DNA from: Candidatus Enterousia sp. | GTDB taxonomy: Bacteria; Pseudomonadota; Alphaproteobacteria; Rs-D84 | Direction: 5' to 3' | Assembly (NCBI GenBank): GCA_045536625.1 | Contig: JAZSNY010000025.1 | Coordinates: 1,147 to 65,146 of the forward strand | DNA length: 64,000 nucleotides | Shown: in pieces, positions 18,562 to 28,536 of the stretch | Numbering within the stretch: position 1 is the first letter of the stretch | Layout: each line of letters opens with the position of its first letter | Program-made: the position numbers and the translations under genes | Notes under the pieces: generated by a model | Seen by the model: only the letters and a program-made list of their open reading frames with translations | The model's database searches: none | Told to the model about the DNA's origin: nothing

Positions 18562-19842
18562 TTATCTGCATTCTTCAATCAACTGTTGAATCTGTGCCGC
18601 CAACACCAGGTCCGATGCACCCTGCTTTTCAATCTGCTTGATTGCATACAAAACCGTTGCATGATCACGACCACCAACAAAGTTACCAATTTCCGATAAT
18701 GACAACTGGGTCGCACCTTTTAAAACCACCATCATCATCTGACGCGCCAACACCAGGTTACGACTGCGACCCGCACCACATACCGCATCATACGACACAC
18801 CCAATTTTTCACACATCATTTTAACCATTGCAACCGGTGTTTTTGCAACCTGTAATGTATCGGCCAACAAACGTGTCGCCACCGCCATATCAACCGACGT
18901 TCCCATCAAATCTGCATATGTTTTGATTTTTGTCGCAATACCCGCAACCACATGACCATCATTTGCCATACGACCCGCCAAAGCATTTGCAACATCCGCC
19001 TTGACCCCCGCACGCATCAACATAACAGATTTTACATGTGCATTTGGTGCCACCACATCCGCAACCAGGCCCGATGCCAACAAACTTTGCGCATGACGAT
19101 CAAAGCCCGTCAAATTACCCGGCATTGCATTTGCCGTCAAAACAATATTTTTACCCGCATTGCGCAAATCAACGATTAATTGCAGGAATTCTTCGGTTGA
19201 TGCCTTTTTGCCGGACAAAGCCTGAACATCATCCAAAATAAATGTATCGCAATTACGACAATAATCCTTGAACGCGAAAACATTATGTTCCTTTAAACTG
19301 CGTGTAAATTCGGAAACAAACTGCGCACCGGACATTTTGATAACACGTGCATTTGACGCACCCGCAATGCAATCGACCAAATGTGACTTACCGCATCCCG
19401 CCGGTCCATAAATAAACAGCGGTGAAAACGCAACCGCACCCGCCGCCAATTTTTTGCATGCCGATACAACAAACAAATTTTCATCCGCCACAACAAAGGA
19501 ATCAAAAGCAACAGATGCGCTTTCAACCGCCACTGGGGCATAAACCTGGGTATTATTGTCGTTTGCAACCGGTGCCACAGATGCCTTGGCCGCACCACGC
19601 ACAACAACGGATGCCCCCAACCCAAATTCCGCCGCCACGGCCGCGATAGTACCGAAATGAACACTGTTGATAAAATCTGCGGAAAATTGATTTTGTGCAC
19701 CCAAAACCAATACACCATCAACAACATCTGCGCTCAAAGGTGCAATCCAAGAAGTATAAGATGCTGCATCAATTTTCGCGGCAATGGCCCCCTTGATTGA
19801 ATCTGGGTTTGTCATTTGTGTTTTTGCCGCCATTGTCTGCAT
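18562..19842 (-). CDS. dnaA: Chromosomal replication initiator DnaA
   Basis: AAA+ Walker A GPAGCGKSHL and a C-terminal DnaA-box-binding helix-turn-helix (RDHATVLYAIKQIEKQ). Start placed at ATG 19842 (MQTMAAK...) with a GGAGAAAAGG ribosome-binding site. An in-frame ATG at 19914 is an alternative start. Confidence 0.85.
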   Translation of the reverse strand: MQTMAAKTQMTNPDSIKGAIAAKIDAASYTSWIAPLSADVVDGVLVLGAQNQFSADFINSVHFGTIAAVAAEFGLGASVVVRGAAKASVAPVANDNNTQVYAPVAVESASVAFDSFVVADENLFVVSACKKLAAGAVAFSPLFIYGPAGCGKSHLVDCIAGASNARVIKMSGAQFVSEFTRSLKEHNVFAFKDYCRNCDTFILDDVQALSGKKASTEEFLQLIVDLRNAGKNIVLTANAMPGNLTGFDRHAQSLLASGLVADVVAPNAHVKSVMLMRAGVKADVANALAGRMANDGHVVAGIATKIKTYADLMGTSVDMAVATRLLADTLQVAKTPVAMVKMMCEKLGVSYDAVCGAGRSRNLVLARQMMMVVLKGATQLSLSEIGNFVGGRDHATVLYAIKQIEKQGASDLVLAAQIQQLIEECR

Positions 19843-20193
19843 GCCCTTTTCTCCTTTTGCTTCCCCTGTCAAAAGAGTTTTCAGGTTGTAAAAACCACCC
19901 CCGCAAAACGCCATTTTCCGATATTTCTATCATCCATGGTATTTTTCGATTTTAAACTCTCTCTCGCGTTTTTATTAAAATGTTATGGATTAATTTCATT
20001 TCTTTTGAAACAAAACCAACCCGCTTTTTTTGATTACCTTCTTCTCGTTTTGGATACGTCAAATAAGTTAAAACATTATTTCCCGTTTACAAGTAATTCT
20101 TGCCCCAAAAAAGCACTTTTATTTTTTGACAACGATTCGTTTTTTCGCCCGTTTTCCGCCCTTTGTATATACAGTGTATAGACAATATTTTTA

Positions 20194-21207
20194 TCACGCA
20201 CGAACATATCCGCCATCAACTTTGCGCACAAAACCCTGCAATTCTAAAACGACCAACTCGCTTTTTATTTCCGAAATTGTTTTTTTGACAATTACTGCCA
20301 ATACAGATTCTGATACGGGAATTGTTCCCATTGCGTCAATCAGATTATTTTCCGTATCAATTTTTTTTGATTTTTTTATCGACTTTTTATCCGCGCCAAA
20401 AAAATCATCCGGCCCCATACACAGACGCGCCACCCCATCCCGAATCAGTGAATTTGGCCCCATCGCCCGTAAATCTGCGGGGTGCGACGGAATCGCCCAA
20501 ATTTCACGCCCCATTTCAATTGCGAATCGTGCCGTTGTCATAGAACCCGATTTTAAATCTGCTTCGCCCAGGATTAATTTTTCCCCCAATCCTGCGACCA
20601 ATTTATTACGCATTACAAAATTTGTTGCCACCGGCACAAATCCAACGGGCATTTCACTGATAACCGCGCCCCGTTCCAATATTTCATGATACAGCGATTC
20701 GTTTTCCGTCGGCCAAACATAATCCACCCCACCGGCCAAAACCGCAATCGTCACCGCATCCCCCTTTGCACGCAACGCGCCACGATGCACCGCCGTATCC
20801 GTACCAATTGCCATACCCGACACAACCGCAAAATTATTTTCGGCAAACCTTTGTGCAATATCCGCAACCAATCCCATCCCCGCGGCGGTTGCATGTCGCG
20901 TCCCGACAATGGACACCATATGCGCCCCCAATGCCGCACGATTTCCCCGCACACTTATCACCGGCGGATGATTTTTGACCCGCCGCAATATATCCGGATA
21001 TAAATCATCCGTATCGCATACATAATATATGTCATGACGCGTGGCCAAATCCATTTCATGCATAACCGAATCGCGCAATTCCAATCCAACATTTAAAAAA
21101 TCAACCACCGCCGCCGGCGTTTCAAAGCGGCGCAACAAATCATTATAACGCGCGGGTCCAATACCGGGCGTACGCAAAATTAACAACTTATTAAATATGT
21201 CTGACAT
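20194..21207 (-). CDS. dprA: DNA processing protein DprA (Smf)
   Basis: Rossmann-like DprA core: IVGTRHATAAG...VVSGMAIGTDTAVHRGAL. Start placed at ATG 21207 (MSDIFNKL). Confidence 0.8.
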   Translation of the reverse strand: MSDIFNKLLILRTPGIGPARYNDLLRRFETPAAVVDFLNVGLELRDSVMHEMDLATRHDIYYVCDTDDLYPDILRRVKNHPPVISVRGNRAALGAHMVSIVGTRHATAAGMGLVADIAQRFAENNFAVVSGMAIGTDTAVHRGALRAKGDAVTIAVLAGGVDYVWPTENESLYHEILERGAVISEMPVGFVPVATNFVMRNKLVAGLGEKLILGEADLKSGSMTTARFAIEMGREIWAIPSHPADLRAMGPNSLIRDGVARLCMGPDDFFGADKKSIKKSKKIDTENNLIDAMGTIPVSESVLAVIVKKTISEIKSELVVLELQGFVRKVDGGYVRA

Positions 21208-21242
21208 ACCGGCACCATACAACAAAAGAAAAGTTGATTTCA

Positions 21243-21272
21243 TTAAAAAATCCCGCATTGCGGGATTTTTGT
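21243..21272 (-). terminator. Intrinsic terminator
   Basis: Hairpin atcccgcattgcgggat with flanking A and T runs. Confidence 0.5.
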
Positions 21273-22196
21273 TTAACCGGCCATATTAAATATGCCTTTG
21301 AACTCTTCACACATTTCGCGCAAATCCTTGTCTTCGCCCATGGCATTGACAACATGATCCTTGGCGCACTCGTCCTTTAAATCACGCAAATGGCGCATAA
21401 ACTTTTTATATTCGGCCTCGTTATCTTTTTTCAGCACGGCCAACTGACTGCGCAACAGTTCATCACCTTTCAATGCCTTCTGTCCCTGAACCGCGCCATC
21501 AATCAACTCGTTTCCAAACAATTCCATGGCACCAACACCAACGGCCGCGCCACCAACCGCGCCACCAACGGTCGCCCATGTACGTGCAGATTTTTTTGCA
21601 TCCAAGATACGTTTTTTCAACACGTCATAATCCGCCCATGCGCCACATGTGATACTTTGCCCCATTTCATAGTATTTAACCGGAACATCCGCCACACTAA
21701 TACGCGCATCATTTGATTTCATTTCAACCTTAACAAAACAGGTATTATTTTCCGGATTTTCAACATCTTCGACCATTGTTGAATAATTATTCAGATTGCT
21801 GTAACGCGACGCCCAAACAAAGGTATTCCCAATCCCAATATTATTTGCAATACATGCACCACGTTCTTTTTCGCGCATATCTTTTTTTGGCACCGAAATC
21901 ATCTCTTCTGGGGTAACGGCCAAATCGGCACTGACATTATCGGTAACATTACCATCAACCTTGACACTTGACTTTTGTACCACCGCCGAATCGGGTGCCA
22001 TTGTTGCCGTCATTGAAATCTGATTTTTGGACGCAATACCCGCACGTTCCTGTTGATATTGCGGATTTGGCATCATCTGTGCCGCCATTGATTGACGACC
22101 ACGCCCCTGGGCCGGTGCGCCATATGGTGCCGCAATCGCCGGCATAACCAAAACAGACAAAACAATAACTGAAACGAAATTTTTCATCCTTCTCAT
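21273..22196 (-). CDS. Hypothetical secreted or membrane-associated protein
   Basis: Signal peptide MKNFVSVIVLSVLVMPAIAAP and a glycine-zipper segment GGAVGGAAVGVGAM. The track start at 22217 is a TTG, so I moved the start to an internal ATG. Confidence 0.45.
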   Translation of the reverse strand: MRRMKNFVSVIVLSVLVMPAIAAPYGAPAQGRGRQSMAAQMMPNPQYQQERAGIASKNQISMTATMAPDSAVVQKSSVKVDGNVTDNVSADLAVTPEEMISVPKKDMREKERGACIANNIGIGNTFVWASRYSNLNNYSTMVEDVENPENNTCFVKVEMKSNDARISVADVPVKYYEMGQSITCGAWADYDVLKKRILDAKKSARTWATVGGAVGGAAVGVGAMELFGNELIDGAVQGQKALKGDELLRSQLAVLKKDNEAEYKKFMRHLRDLKDECAKDHVVNAMGEDKDLREMCEEFKGIFNMAG

Positions 22197-22251
22197 CCCT
22201 TTGATACTTTTGTCCAATTATATCACAAAATCGCACAAAAATAAAGCACAA

Positions 22252-22282
22252 ATAAAAAAACACGGGGAAATCCCGTGTATTT
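22252..22282 (-). terminator. Intrinsic terminator downstream of plsY
   Basis: Hairpin cacggggaaatcccgtg. Confidence 0.5.
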
Positions 22283-22284
22283 TA

Positions 22285-22872
22285 TTATTTTTTCCACTTC
22301 CACTCTATCTTGGATTCCTTGCCGGCAATCAGTCGCTTGATATTTTCACGATGGCGCCACATACACAACAATCCAATCGCCAAAAACGCAAACCCGACCG
22401 AAACAGATATTGCAAACCCCAACAGCGGAATTAAACAGAAAACAATAACCGCCCCAAACGAAGAAATCCCCGATGTTAATGCAACGGTTAACCACTCAAT
22501 CCCACAAACGGCAAAAGACAAAGGACTGACCGCCAATAATACGCCAAACAAAGATGAAATCCCCTTGCCCCCCTTGAACCGCAACCAAATTGGATAGCAA
22601 TGCCCCACAATCGCGGCAAAACCACACCACGCCCCAAACGCTTCACCACCCACATACTTTCCGACAAAAACCGCAGCAATCGCCTTGGCCATATCCAAAA
22701 TCCACACCAACCCCGCCATACGTAATCCACCGACCCGCATAACGTTTGTGGCACCGATATTACCACTTCCCACCTTGCGCAGGTCGCCCTTGCCCGCCAT
22801 TTTGGTCAGGATTAAGCCCATTGGAACACTGCCCAACAAATAAGAGATAATAATTGCAATTATATAAGTCAT
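22285..22872 (-). CDS. plsY: Glycerol-3-phosphate acyltransferase PlsY
   Basis: Motif SGNIGATNVMRVGG; polytopic membrane protein of about 195 aa. Confidence 0.85.
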   Translation of the reverse strand: MTYIIAIIISYLLGSVPMGLILTKMAGKGDLRKVGSGNIGATNVMRVGGLRMAGLVWILDMAKAIAAVFVGKYVGGEAFGAWCGFAAIVGHCYPIWLRFKGGKGISSLFGVLLAVSPLSFAVCGIEWLTVALTSGISSFGAVIVFCLIPLLGFAISVSVGFAFLAIGLLCMWRHRENIKRLIAGKESKIEWKWKK

Positions 22873-22945
22873 GTTATTTTTCCTTGATTTTATGTTTCTT
22901 TTTTATAAAATAGCAAAATCAAAACAAAAATAAAAGGAAAATAAC

Positions 22946-23206
22946 GTGGCAAATCATAAGTCATCTGAAAAAAGAATTTTGGTAACTGCCAAGAAGAACG
23001 CAATCAACACATCCCGTCGCAGTGTTGTTAAAACCGCGACTAAAAAGGCATTGGTTGCAATCGAATCTGGCGACAAGGCTGCGGCAACAACCGCTGCCCG
23101 CAACGCAGAAAGCAAGATTATGAAATCTGCCGGCAAAATCATGCCGAAAAAGCGCGCCGCGCGCAAGATTTCACGTCTGGCGAAAAAGGTTGCCAAAATG
23201 GCATAG
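22946..23206 (+). CDS. rpsT: 30S ribosomal protein S20
   Basis: MANHKSSEKR...AARKISRLAKKV; GTG start preceded by an aaaaggaaaa ribosome-binding site. Confidence 0.9.
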   Translation: MANHKSSEKRILVTAKKNAINTSRRSVVKTATKKALVAIESGDKAAATTAARNAESKIMKSAGKIMPKKRAARKISRLAKKVAKMA

Positions 23207-23220
23207 TTGCCATTTCGGAT

Positions 23221-23252
23221 ATAAAAAATCCCCCGATTGGGGGATTTTTATT
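23221..23252. terminator. Bidirectional terminator between rpsT and the helix-turn-helix regulator gene
   Basis: Hairpin atcccccgattgggggat with flanking A and T runs. Confidence 0.55.
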
Positions 23253-23466
23253 TGCGCCGTTTACATAAAATCATTGCCATGCCATTGGCGGTAATTTTTT
23301 CCAAAACTCTGTCCGGTATCAATAATTTTCCACATTCTATACGCAGTATTTGACGTCGTGTTAAACCAAACATGCGTGCGCAATCGTCGCTTTTTATCCC
23401 CAATTCGCGACGTGCCTTGCGGAAATATTGCCCAAAGTATTTTGTATCAACCAATATTACACTCAT
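23248..23466 (-). CDS. Small XRE-family helix-turn-helix transcriptional regulator
   Basis: 72 aa with a helix-turn-helix segment ELGIKSDDCARMFGLTRRQILRIE. Confidence 0.55.
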   Translation of the reverse strand: MSVILVDTKYFGQYFRKARRELGIKSDDCARMFGLTRRQILRIECGKLLIPDRVLEKITANGMAMILCKRRK

Positions 23467-23811
23467 TTTGTCCTCCGATTTTTGTTAAACAAAAAAACCG
23501 CACACAAGGCGGTTGGAGGTTAAAGACTACAAGCAAGTATAGTGCTGTTTATTTATATATATCACAGCCCCCCAACCAATGTTGGAGAATATTTTATTCT
23601 TACTTTCGGGTCTTTACACCCCACACCGGTTTCCCAATGCAAATTCATTATACGCAAAACGAACCCAAAACGCAATTAATAAGATAAACAAAAGATAACA
23701 GGGAATAAAATCAAAGATAACAGCACAGATAGACGGGTTGGAAATGGCATAATATACAGAAATTACATAAGCCAATCCCAATCCGCTCTAAATATATCAC
23801 TAGATTTAATA

Positions 23812-25440
23812 TTAGTTCAATGGGGCCCCCCAGTGTTGCTGAATACTGCGTTCCATATCCATCGGGCTAATCAAAACCTGTGGTGTCAGAATAACCACCA
23901 AAACTTCACGCGTGGCGGATGTTTCACGTGACCCCGACAAAGCCATAAAGTCCGGATCCCCAAGGCCATAGCGTGTATCTTCACTGGTCTGTTTTTCAAA
24001 ACCGGACACAACCAACATCTGCCCCGATTCCATAATAACTTCTTGCATGAAACTACGCTCTTCAACCTCGGGCAATTGCAAGGTTACTTCGCCAATCGTC
24101 TGGGTTGACATACGCAACAATTCGCGCACCGACATACGGAACAACAATAAAATTTTGCCATTTTCCAAAACGTTCGGCAACAACTGCATCGTGAACCCGG
24201 TTTCCAAATCATCCTGATCAACGGTACTGGATTCTACGGTCGTAAAGTTACGCGACTCAAAACGTTTAATATATCCGGTTGTGCGCGTATTGCTTACCGG
24301 CGCAACACGGTTTGAACGTGTTGTTACACCAACGTTTGTGACCAAAGACACCTTGCCCTGCTTAGCCAAAGCCTCAATCAATGCATTACTGCCTGCCGCC
24401 CCCGACAAAGAACCATTCATAATTTGATCATTCGTATACGCCCCTTCCACCACAGAACCGTTCTCCAAGTGCGTAGCCCCAGTCAAAGCCGATACCGTAT
24501 TCGACAAAACTGCAATATTCATCGAGCTAGCCTCGGTCGATGCCAGGTTATTCTTAGGATTCGCCACGATATTCAACCCCGACGTTGAATTAATGGCCGC
24601 AGCCAAATTCAACCCAAACGCCGAATCGTTTGAAATTGTAACCTGTAATACTTTTACATCAATTGTGATTAACTGGCTAAGACGTTTATTTTGACGTTCA
24701 ATATATTCACCCACACGTGCCAACACGGACGGAGACGCAGTAACCGTAATTGTCCCCAAACTGCGAGAAACCGTAAAGTCCGCATTCGATGACTTTCCAA
24801 TAATCGACGCAATTGCACTTTCAACCTCGTCCCACTCTTTCAATGTAGATGCCAATGATACTTCGTTTGAATTATCTGTCGACACAGATGTCTGATACGC
24901 AACTTCGGTCCCCAGGGCATACAGTGTAAAAGTTTTTGTTTCCGTTTCATAAAAAACAATCGAATCCCTGTCATAGTACCACAACAAATCTAAATCTGTC
25001 GCAACCTGATTTAACAAACCCGACAATTTTCCTGTATATGCAACATTAACCTGTTTTTTCAATTTTTCTGGCGAGACTTGGCCATCAATCTTAACAGGAA
25101 TCCCAGTAATAGAATATACATCATTGGCCAAAACCTGTAACGACACAGGTTCATTCAACAATATAGTAACCCCCGTATCCGTCTCAAATTTAGACGGTAA
25201 TTTATTACGATGTTCCAACGTCACGGACTTATTTCCCAACCAAACACCTTCGGACATAGAAACGGTATCTCCACTGGCCACCTTGGCACGCGGATTTTTC
25301 GCCATTTCAAAGGCATCATACGCATTAATAAAATCCTGATCTACGGACGCCGCGACCTTGGCAGATTCACGTTTAGCGCACCCCGTAAACGTTGCCAATA
25401 CCACCGCGGACAAAATCAAAAATTTCATTGGCTTTATCAT
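23812..25440 (-). CDS. Secretin-family outer-membrane lipoprotein, resembling the type IVb pilus secretins PilN and BfpB
   Basis: Lipoprotein signal ending FTGC; C-terminal secretin-like pattern LQLPEVEERSF...GQMLVVSGF...REVLVVILTPQVL. Ribosome-binding site aggagag. Confidence 0.55.
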   Translation of the reverse strand: MIKPMKFLILSAVVLATFTGCAKRESAKVAASVDQDFINAYDAFEMAKNPRAKVASGDTVSMSEGVWLGNKSVTLEHRNKLPSKFETDTGVTILLNEPVSLQVLANDVYSITGIPVKIDGQVSPEKLKKQVNVAYTGKLSGLLNQVATDLDLLWYYDRDSIVFYETETKTFTLYALGTEVAYQTSVSTDNSNEVSLASTLKEWDEVESAIASIIGKSSNADFTVSRSLGTITVTASPSVLARVGEYIERQNKRLSQLITIDVKVLQVTISNDSAFGLNLAAAINSTSGLNIVANPKNNLASTEASSMNIAVLSNTVSALTGATHLENGSVVEGAYTNDQIMNGSLSGAAGSNALIEALAKQGKVSLVTNVGVTTRSNRVAPVSNTRTTGYIKRFESRNFTTVESSTVDQDDLETGFTMQLLPNVLENGKILLLFRMSVRELLRMSTQTIGEVTLQLPEVEERSFMQEVIMESGQMLVVSGFEKQTSEDTRYGLGDPDFMALSGSRETSATREVLVVILTPQVLISPMDMERSIQQHWGAPLN

Positions 25441-25472
25441 ATTTACACTCTCCTACGACATCCGTAATTAAA

Positions 25473-26447
25473 TTATTCCTGAGATGTTGAAATCACCAAC
25501 ACTCTATTACCTTTATAAAATTTTGCATATGGGATTGGTGTCGCACGCCCAAAATTCCGCACCAAAGCCGACGCAACATCAACAAAACGCCCTTTAAACA
25601 CCGCACTGGCCTCAATTGGATATTCACGCGGGGTCGTCCAAACCAAATCCCACCCCTCTTTATCACACCAAGACTGTAAAACCTCGCGCAAGGTCTGTCC
25701 ATTTGCCACAACCCACGAACGAACCTGATCTGTCAAAACTGCCGGCGCCTCAGCATCAGCAGAAGAATCAACCAAAATCTCAGACTCGGAATTTTCTTCT
25801 ATTATCTCTTCAACAACGGTCGTTCCATCCTCGCGCGTAACAATACGTTTACCATCGGCAGTTTTGCCTTCAATACGCATCCCATTTCGCGCAGCAAAGG
25901 CCTCGTAACCATCCCCATACTTTCCACAATCTTTACGCCCACTGCGCGACACAGCCAAAACATTTCCGCCATCATCCTCCAAAACCTCGCGATGTAACAG
26001 GGGCATCTCAGAACTGTTATAACATTCATCATCAAACCCAACTGGAATTTGATTCCCATGCAACATATTTGCCCCACCAGACCATCCGGCAAATTCACCA
26101 CGCGCCCCAAGATTGAAATTATTTTCCACAACCAAATCAGCACCTATTTTGGACACAATTCGAATATTATCATCCTGTTTTTTCTTGGAACAAACACCAT
26201 GTTCACACGACACCTCAACATCGGCATCCGACCCCGCCAAAGGCCACGCAGGCACCTCAACCGGCGCCTGGTACATCTCCCGCATATCAATTTGGGTATC
26301 CTCTACCTGTTCATATTGGGCACCATCTACAATTTTATCCTGCTCATAAAACACTTCTGACGTAACAACCTGGGGCATCGAATTAGATGCAAAACAATAC
26401 CCCACAGCGGTGGCAAACATCGCAAAAATCAATATCTTACGGAACAT
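25473..26447 (-). CDS. Periplasmic protein co-transcribed upstream of the secretin gene; possible pilus or secretin accessory protein
   Basis: Signal peptide present; conserved-looking C-terminal domain VRSWVVANGQTLREVLQSWCDKEGWDLVWT. Ends 33 nt upstream of the secretin gene. Confidence 0.4.
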   Translation of the reverse strand: MFRKILIFAMFATAVGYCFASNSMPQVVTSEVFYEQDKIVDGAQYEQVEDTQIDMREMYQAPVEVPAWPLAGSDADVEVSCEHGVCSKKKQDDNIRIVSKIGADLVVENNFNLGARGEFAGWSGGANMLHGNQIPVGFDDECYNSSEMPLLHREVLEDDGGNVLAVSRSGRKDCGKYGDGYEAFAARNGMRIEGKTADGKRIVTREDGTTVVEEIIEENSESEILVDSSADAEAPAVLTDQVRSWVVANGQTLREVLQSWCDKEGWDLVWTTPREYPIEASAVFKGRFVDVASALVRNFGRATPIPYAKFYKGNRVLVISTSQE

Positions 26448-26646
26448 AAATATTTTCCTTTCCCTAAAAAAACCTTACCTTTATAATATTTATTATAACA
26501 ATTTGACCGAATCTGTGCAAGACCTAAAACACACATAAATCAACACAAAAAAAATCCACAACAACACAAATTCACACGAATCGCAAAAAAAGGTGTTATA
26601 CTACTATCCAATGAATTTACTTCAACTTAAAAAGGACAACAAAGAA

Positions 26647-27189
26647 ATGACAAACATCCTGTTTTTTGTACTGCTTGGATTAATATTAACGTTAATTGGC
26701 ACCATTGGATTTTATACATATCGTATAAACACACGCTTTACATTACTAAACAAAACACTTGAACATCAATACAACCTGCTTGTAAAAATTCAATCTGTAC
26801 TAAAAAACAAATCCGCAACCAACGCAGTTGCGGAAAACGCAGAAATGATTTACCAAGATTTACTACAAAACCTGATACCAATCATGGCAGCCATCGACAT
26901 CATGCCACGCAACACCCCCGAACACGCACTGTGGCGTGCCCTGGGCGGAATAATGGACGAATACGCAAAAAACCCCTTTGCACTGGAAAAATTACGCCGG
27001 GCAATAAAATTGGATTCCGAAGTCGCCCGCAGTATTGATAACTATATACGTCGTGCAGACAATTTCTTGCACCATTTGACAACAACAGAACCAGACGGCT
27101 TGCTGTCCAACACATTCACAGACGGCCTTATGGGACAATCGCTTACCTTCTTTGCCCAGGCAAAACAACTGGCCGCACAAAACAATTAA
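26647..27189 (+). CDS. Hypothetical membrane-anchored protein
   Basis: Single N-terminal transmembrane helix (ILFFVLLGLILTLIGTIGFY) and an alpha-helical remainder. The ORF-track start at 26593 is an alternative. Confidence 0.4.
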   Translation: MTNILFFVLLGLILTLIGTIGFYTYRINTRFTLLNKTLEHQYNLLVKIQSVLKNKSATNAVAENAEMIYQDLLQNLIPIMAAIDIMPRNTPEHALWRALGGIMDEYAKNPFALEKLRRAIKLDSEVARSIDNYIRRADNFLHHLTTTEPDGLLSNTFTDGLMGQSLTFFAQAKQLAAQNN

Positions 27190-27202
27190 AAAATGGAAAC
27201 AT

Positions 27203-28531
27203 ATGGCAAAACTGTGTAAAAACCTTATCCAAGAAATATCATCGCTTCGCAACGAACCTACATGGCTATTGCAATGGCGCCTGGGCGCATTTAACACATG
27301 GCAACACATGTCCGAACCGCATTGGGGCACGATTGATTACACACCAATAAATTATGACGAACTAAACTATTACAACGAACCCATTCCAATTGATAATTCC
27401 GATCTGGAATCAACATACGACAAAATGGGATTACCCGAATCGGAAAAACGCGCCCTGATGGGCATGGCGACCGACACCGTGATTGACAGCCGATCGGTCC
27501 ACACGTCATACACGGCCGAACTGGAACGCCTGGGGATAATATTTATGCCATTTTCAGACGCCGTACAAAAACACCCCGACCTGATAAAGAAATACCTTGG
27601 CACCGTTGTTCCTGCAACCGACAATTTCTTTGCGGCATTAAATGCGGCCGTTTTTTCAGATGGCACATTTGTCTATATCCCCCCCAACACAAAATGCCCG
27701 ATTGATTTGGCCAGTTATTTCAGAATCGAAACCGCAAAAATTGGACAATTTGAACGTACACTGATTATCGCAGACCAAGGCGCCGAATTGACATATATGG
27801 AAGGTTGCAGCGCACCACGTCGCCCAAACCACCAATTGCACAGCGGTGTTGTTGAAATAATCGCAATGGATAACGCAACCGTAAAATACGCAACCGTACA
27901 AAATTGGTTTGCGGGTGATTTTGATGGCACAAAAAACAACGGGGGGATTTTAAACTTTGTTACCAAACGCGGGTTATGTCACAATAACGCAAAATTACTA
28001 TGGACCCAAATGGAAGTTGGCAGTGCCCTTACCTGGAAATACCCATCCACAATTTTGCGCGGAAACAATGCGTATAGCGACTTTTATTCACTATCAATTA
28101 CCCGTGGCGCACAAATGGCCGATACCGGCACAAAAATGATACACATTGGCAACAATTCTAAATCAAATATTGTTTCATATGGCGTTGCAACCGACGCATC
28201 CACACAAACATTTCGCAGTTTGGTATCATTTACCGGCGACAACTGCACAAACGCATCAAAATGCGACAGTCGCTTGATTGGCGATTGCGCCACGGCAAAC
28301 ACCCTGCCCCGCATTATACACGCCGGAACAAACAACCATCAATCACACGAAGCATCAACCGGCACAATTGACCCAACAACATTAACATATTTAAATATGG
28401 CGGGCATTGACACAGATTCTGCAATCGCATTAATTATCGGCGCGACGGCCACACCTGTATTATCACGCCTGCCGATGGAATTTTTGGTTGAATCCAAACA
28501 ATTAATAAAAATGGCTTTATCCAAGGACTAA
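27203..28531 (+). CDS. sufB: Fe-S cluster assembly protein SufB
   Basis: TLIIADQGAELTYMEGCSAP, YATVQNWF, and C-terminal LPMEFLVESKQLIKMAL motifs. Confidence 0.8.
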   Translation: MAKLCKNLIQEISSLRNEPTWLLQWRLGAFNTWQHMSEPHWGTIDYTPINYDELNYYNEPIPIDNSDLESTYDKMGLPESEKRALMGMATDTVIDSRSVHTSYTAELERLGIIFMPFSDAVQKHPDLIKKYLGTVVPATDNFFAALNAAVFSDGTFVYIPPNTKCPIDLASYFRIETAKIGQFERTLIIADQGAELTYMEGCSAPRRPNHQLHSGVVEIIAMDNATVKYATVQNWFAGDFDGTKNNGGILNFVTKRGLCHNNAKLLWTQMEVGSALTWKYPSTILRGNNAYSDFYSLSITRGAQMADTGTKMIHIGNNSKSNIVSYGVATDASTQTFRSLVSFTGDNCTNASKCDSRLIGDCATANTLPRIIHAGTNNHQSHEASTGTIDPTTLTYLNMAGIDTDSAIALIIGATATPVLSRLPMEFLVESKQLIKMALSKD

Positions 28532-28536
28532 AAACA

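Noticed and set aside
18562-19914. Using the full 450-aa ORF, starting MAFCGGGFYNLK..., as dnaA
   Set aside because: The first 24 residues are low-complexity. An internal ATG at 19842 is preceded by a GGAGAAAAGG ribosome-binding site and gives a typical DnaA domain-I N-terminus. The longer start is kept as a possibility only.
23467-23811. A tmRNA, 4.5S RNA or RNase P RNA in the long intergenic regions
   Set aside because: I checked for the conserved cores (tmRNA tRNA-like ends with ...CCACCA, the 4.5S GGAA/AGCAG domain IV, and RNase P GGAAAGTCCGG). None was found in the spacers I examined: 23467-23811, 19843-20193, 41954-42260 and 60537-60750.
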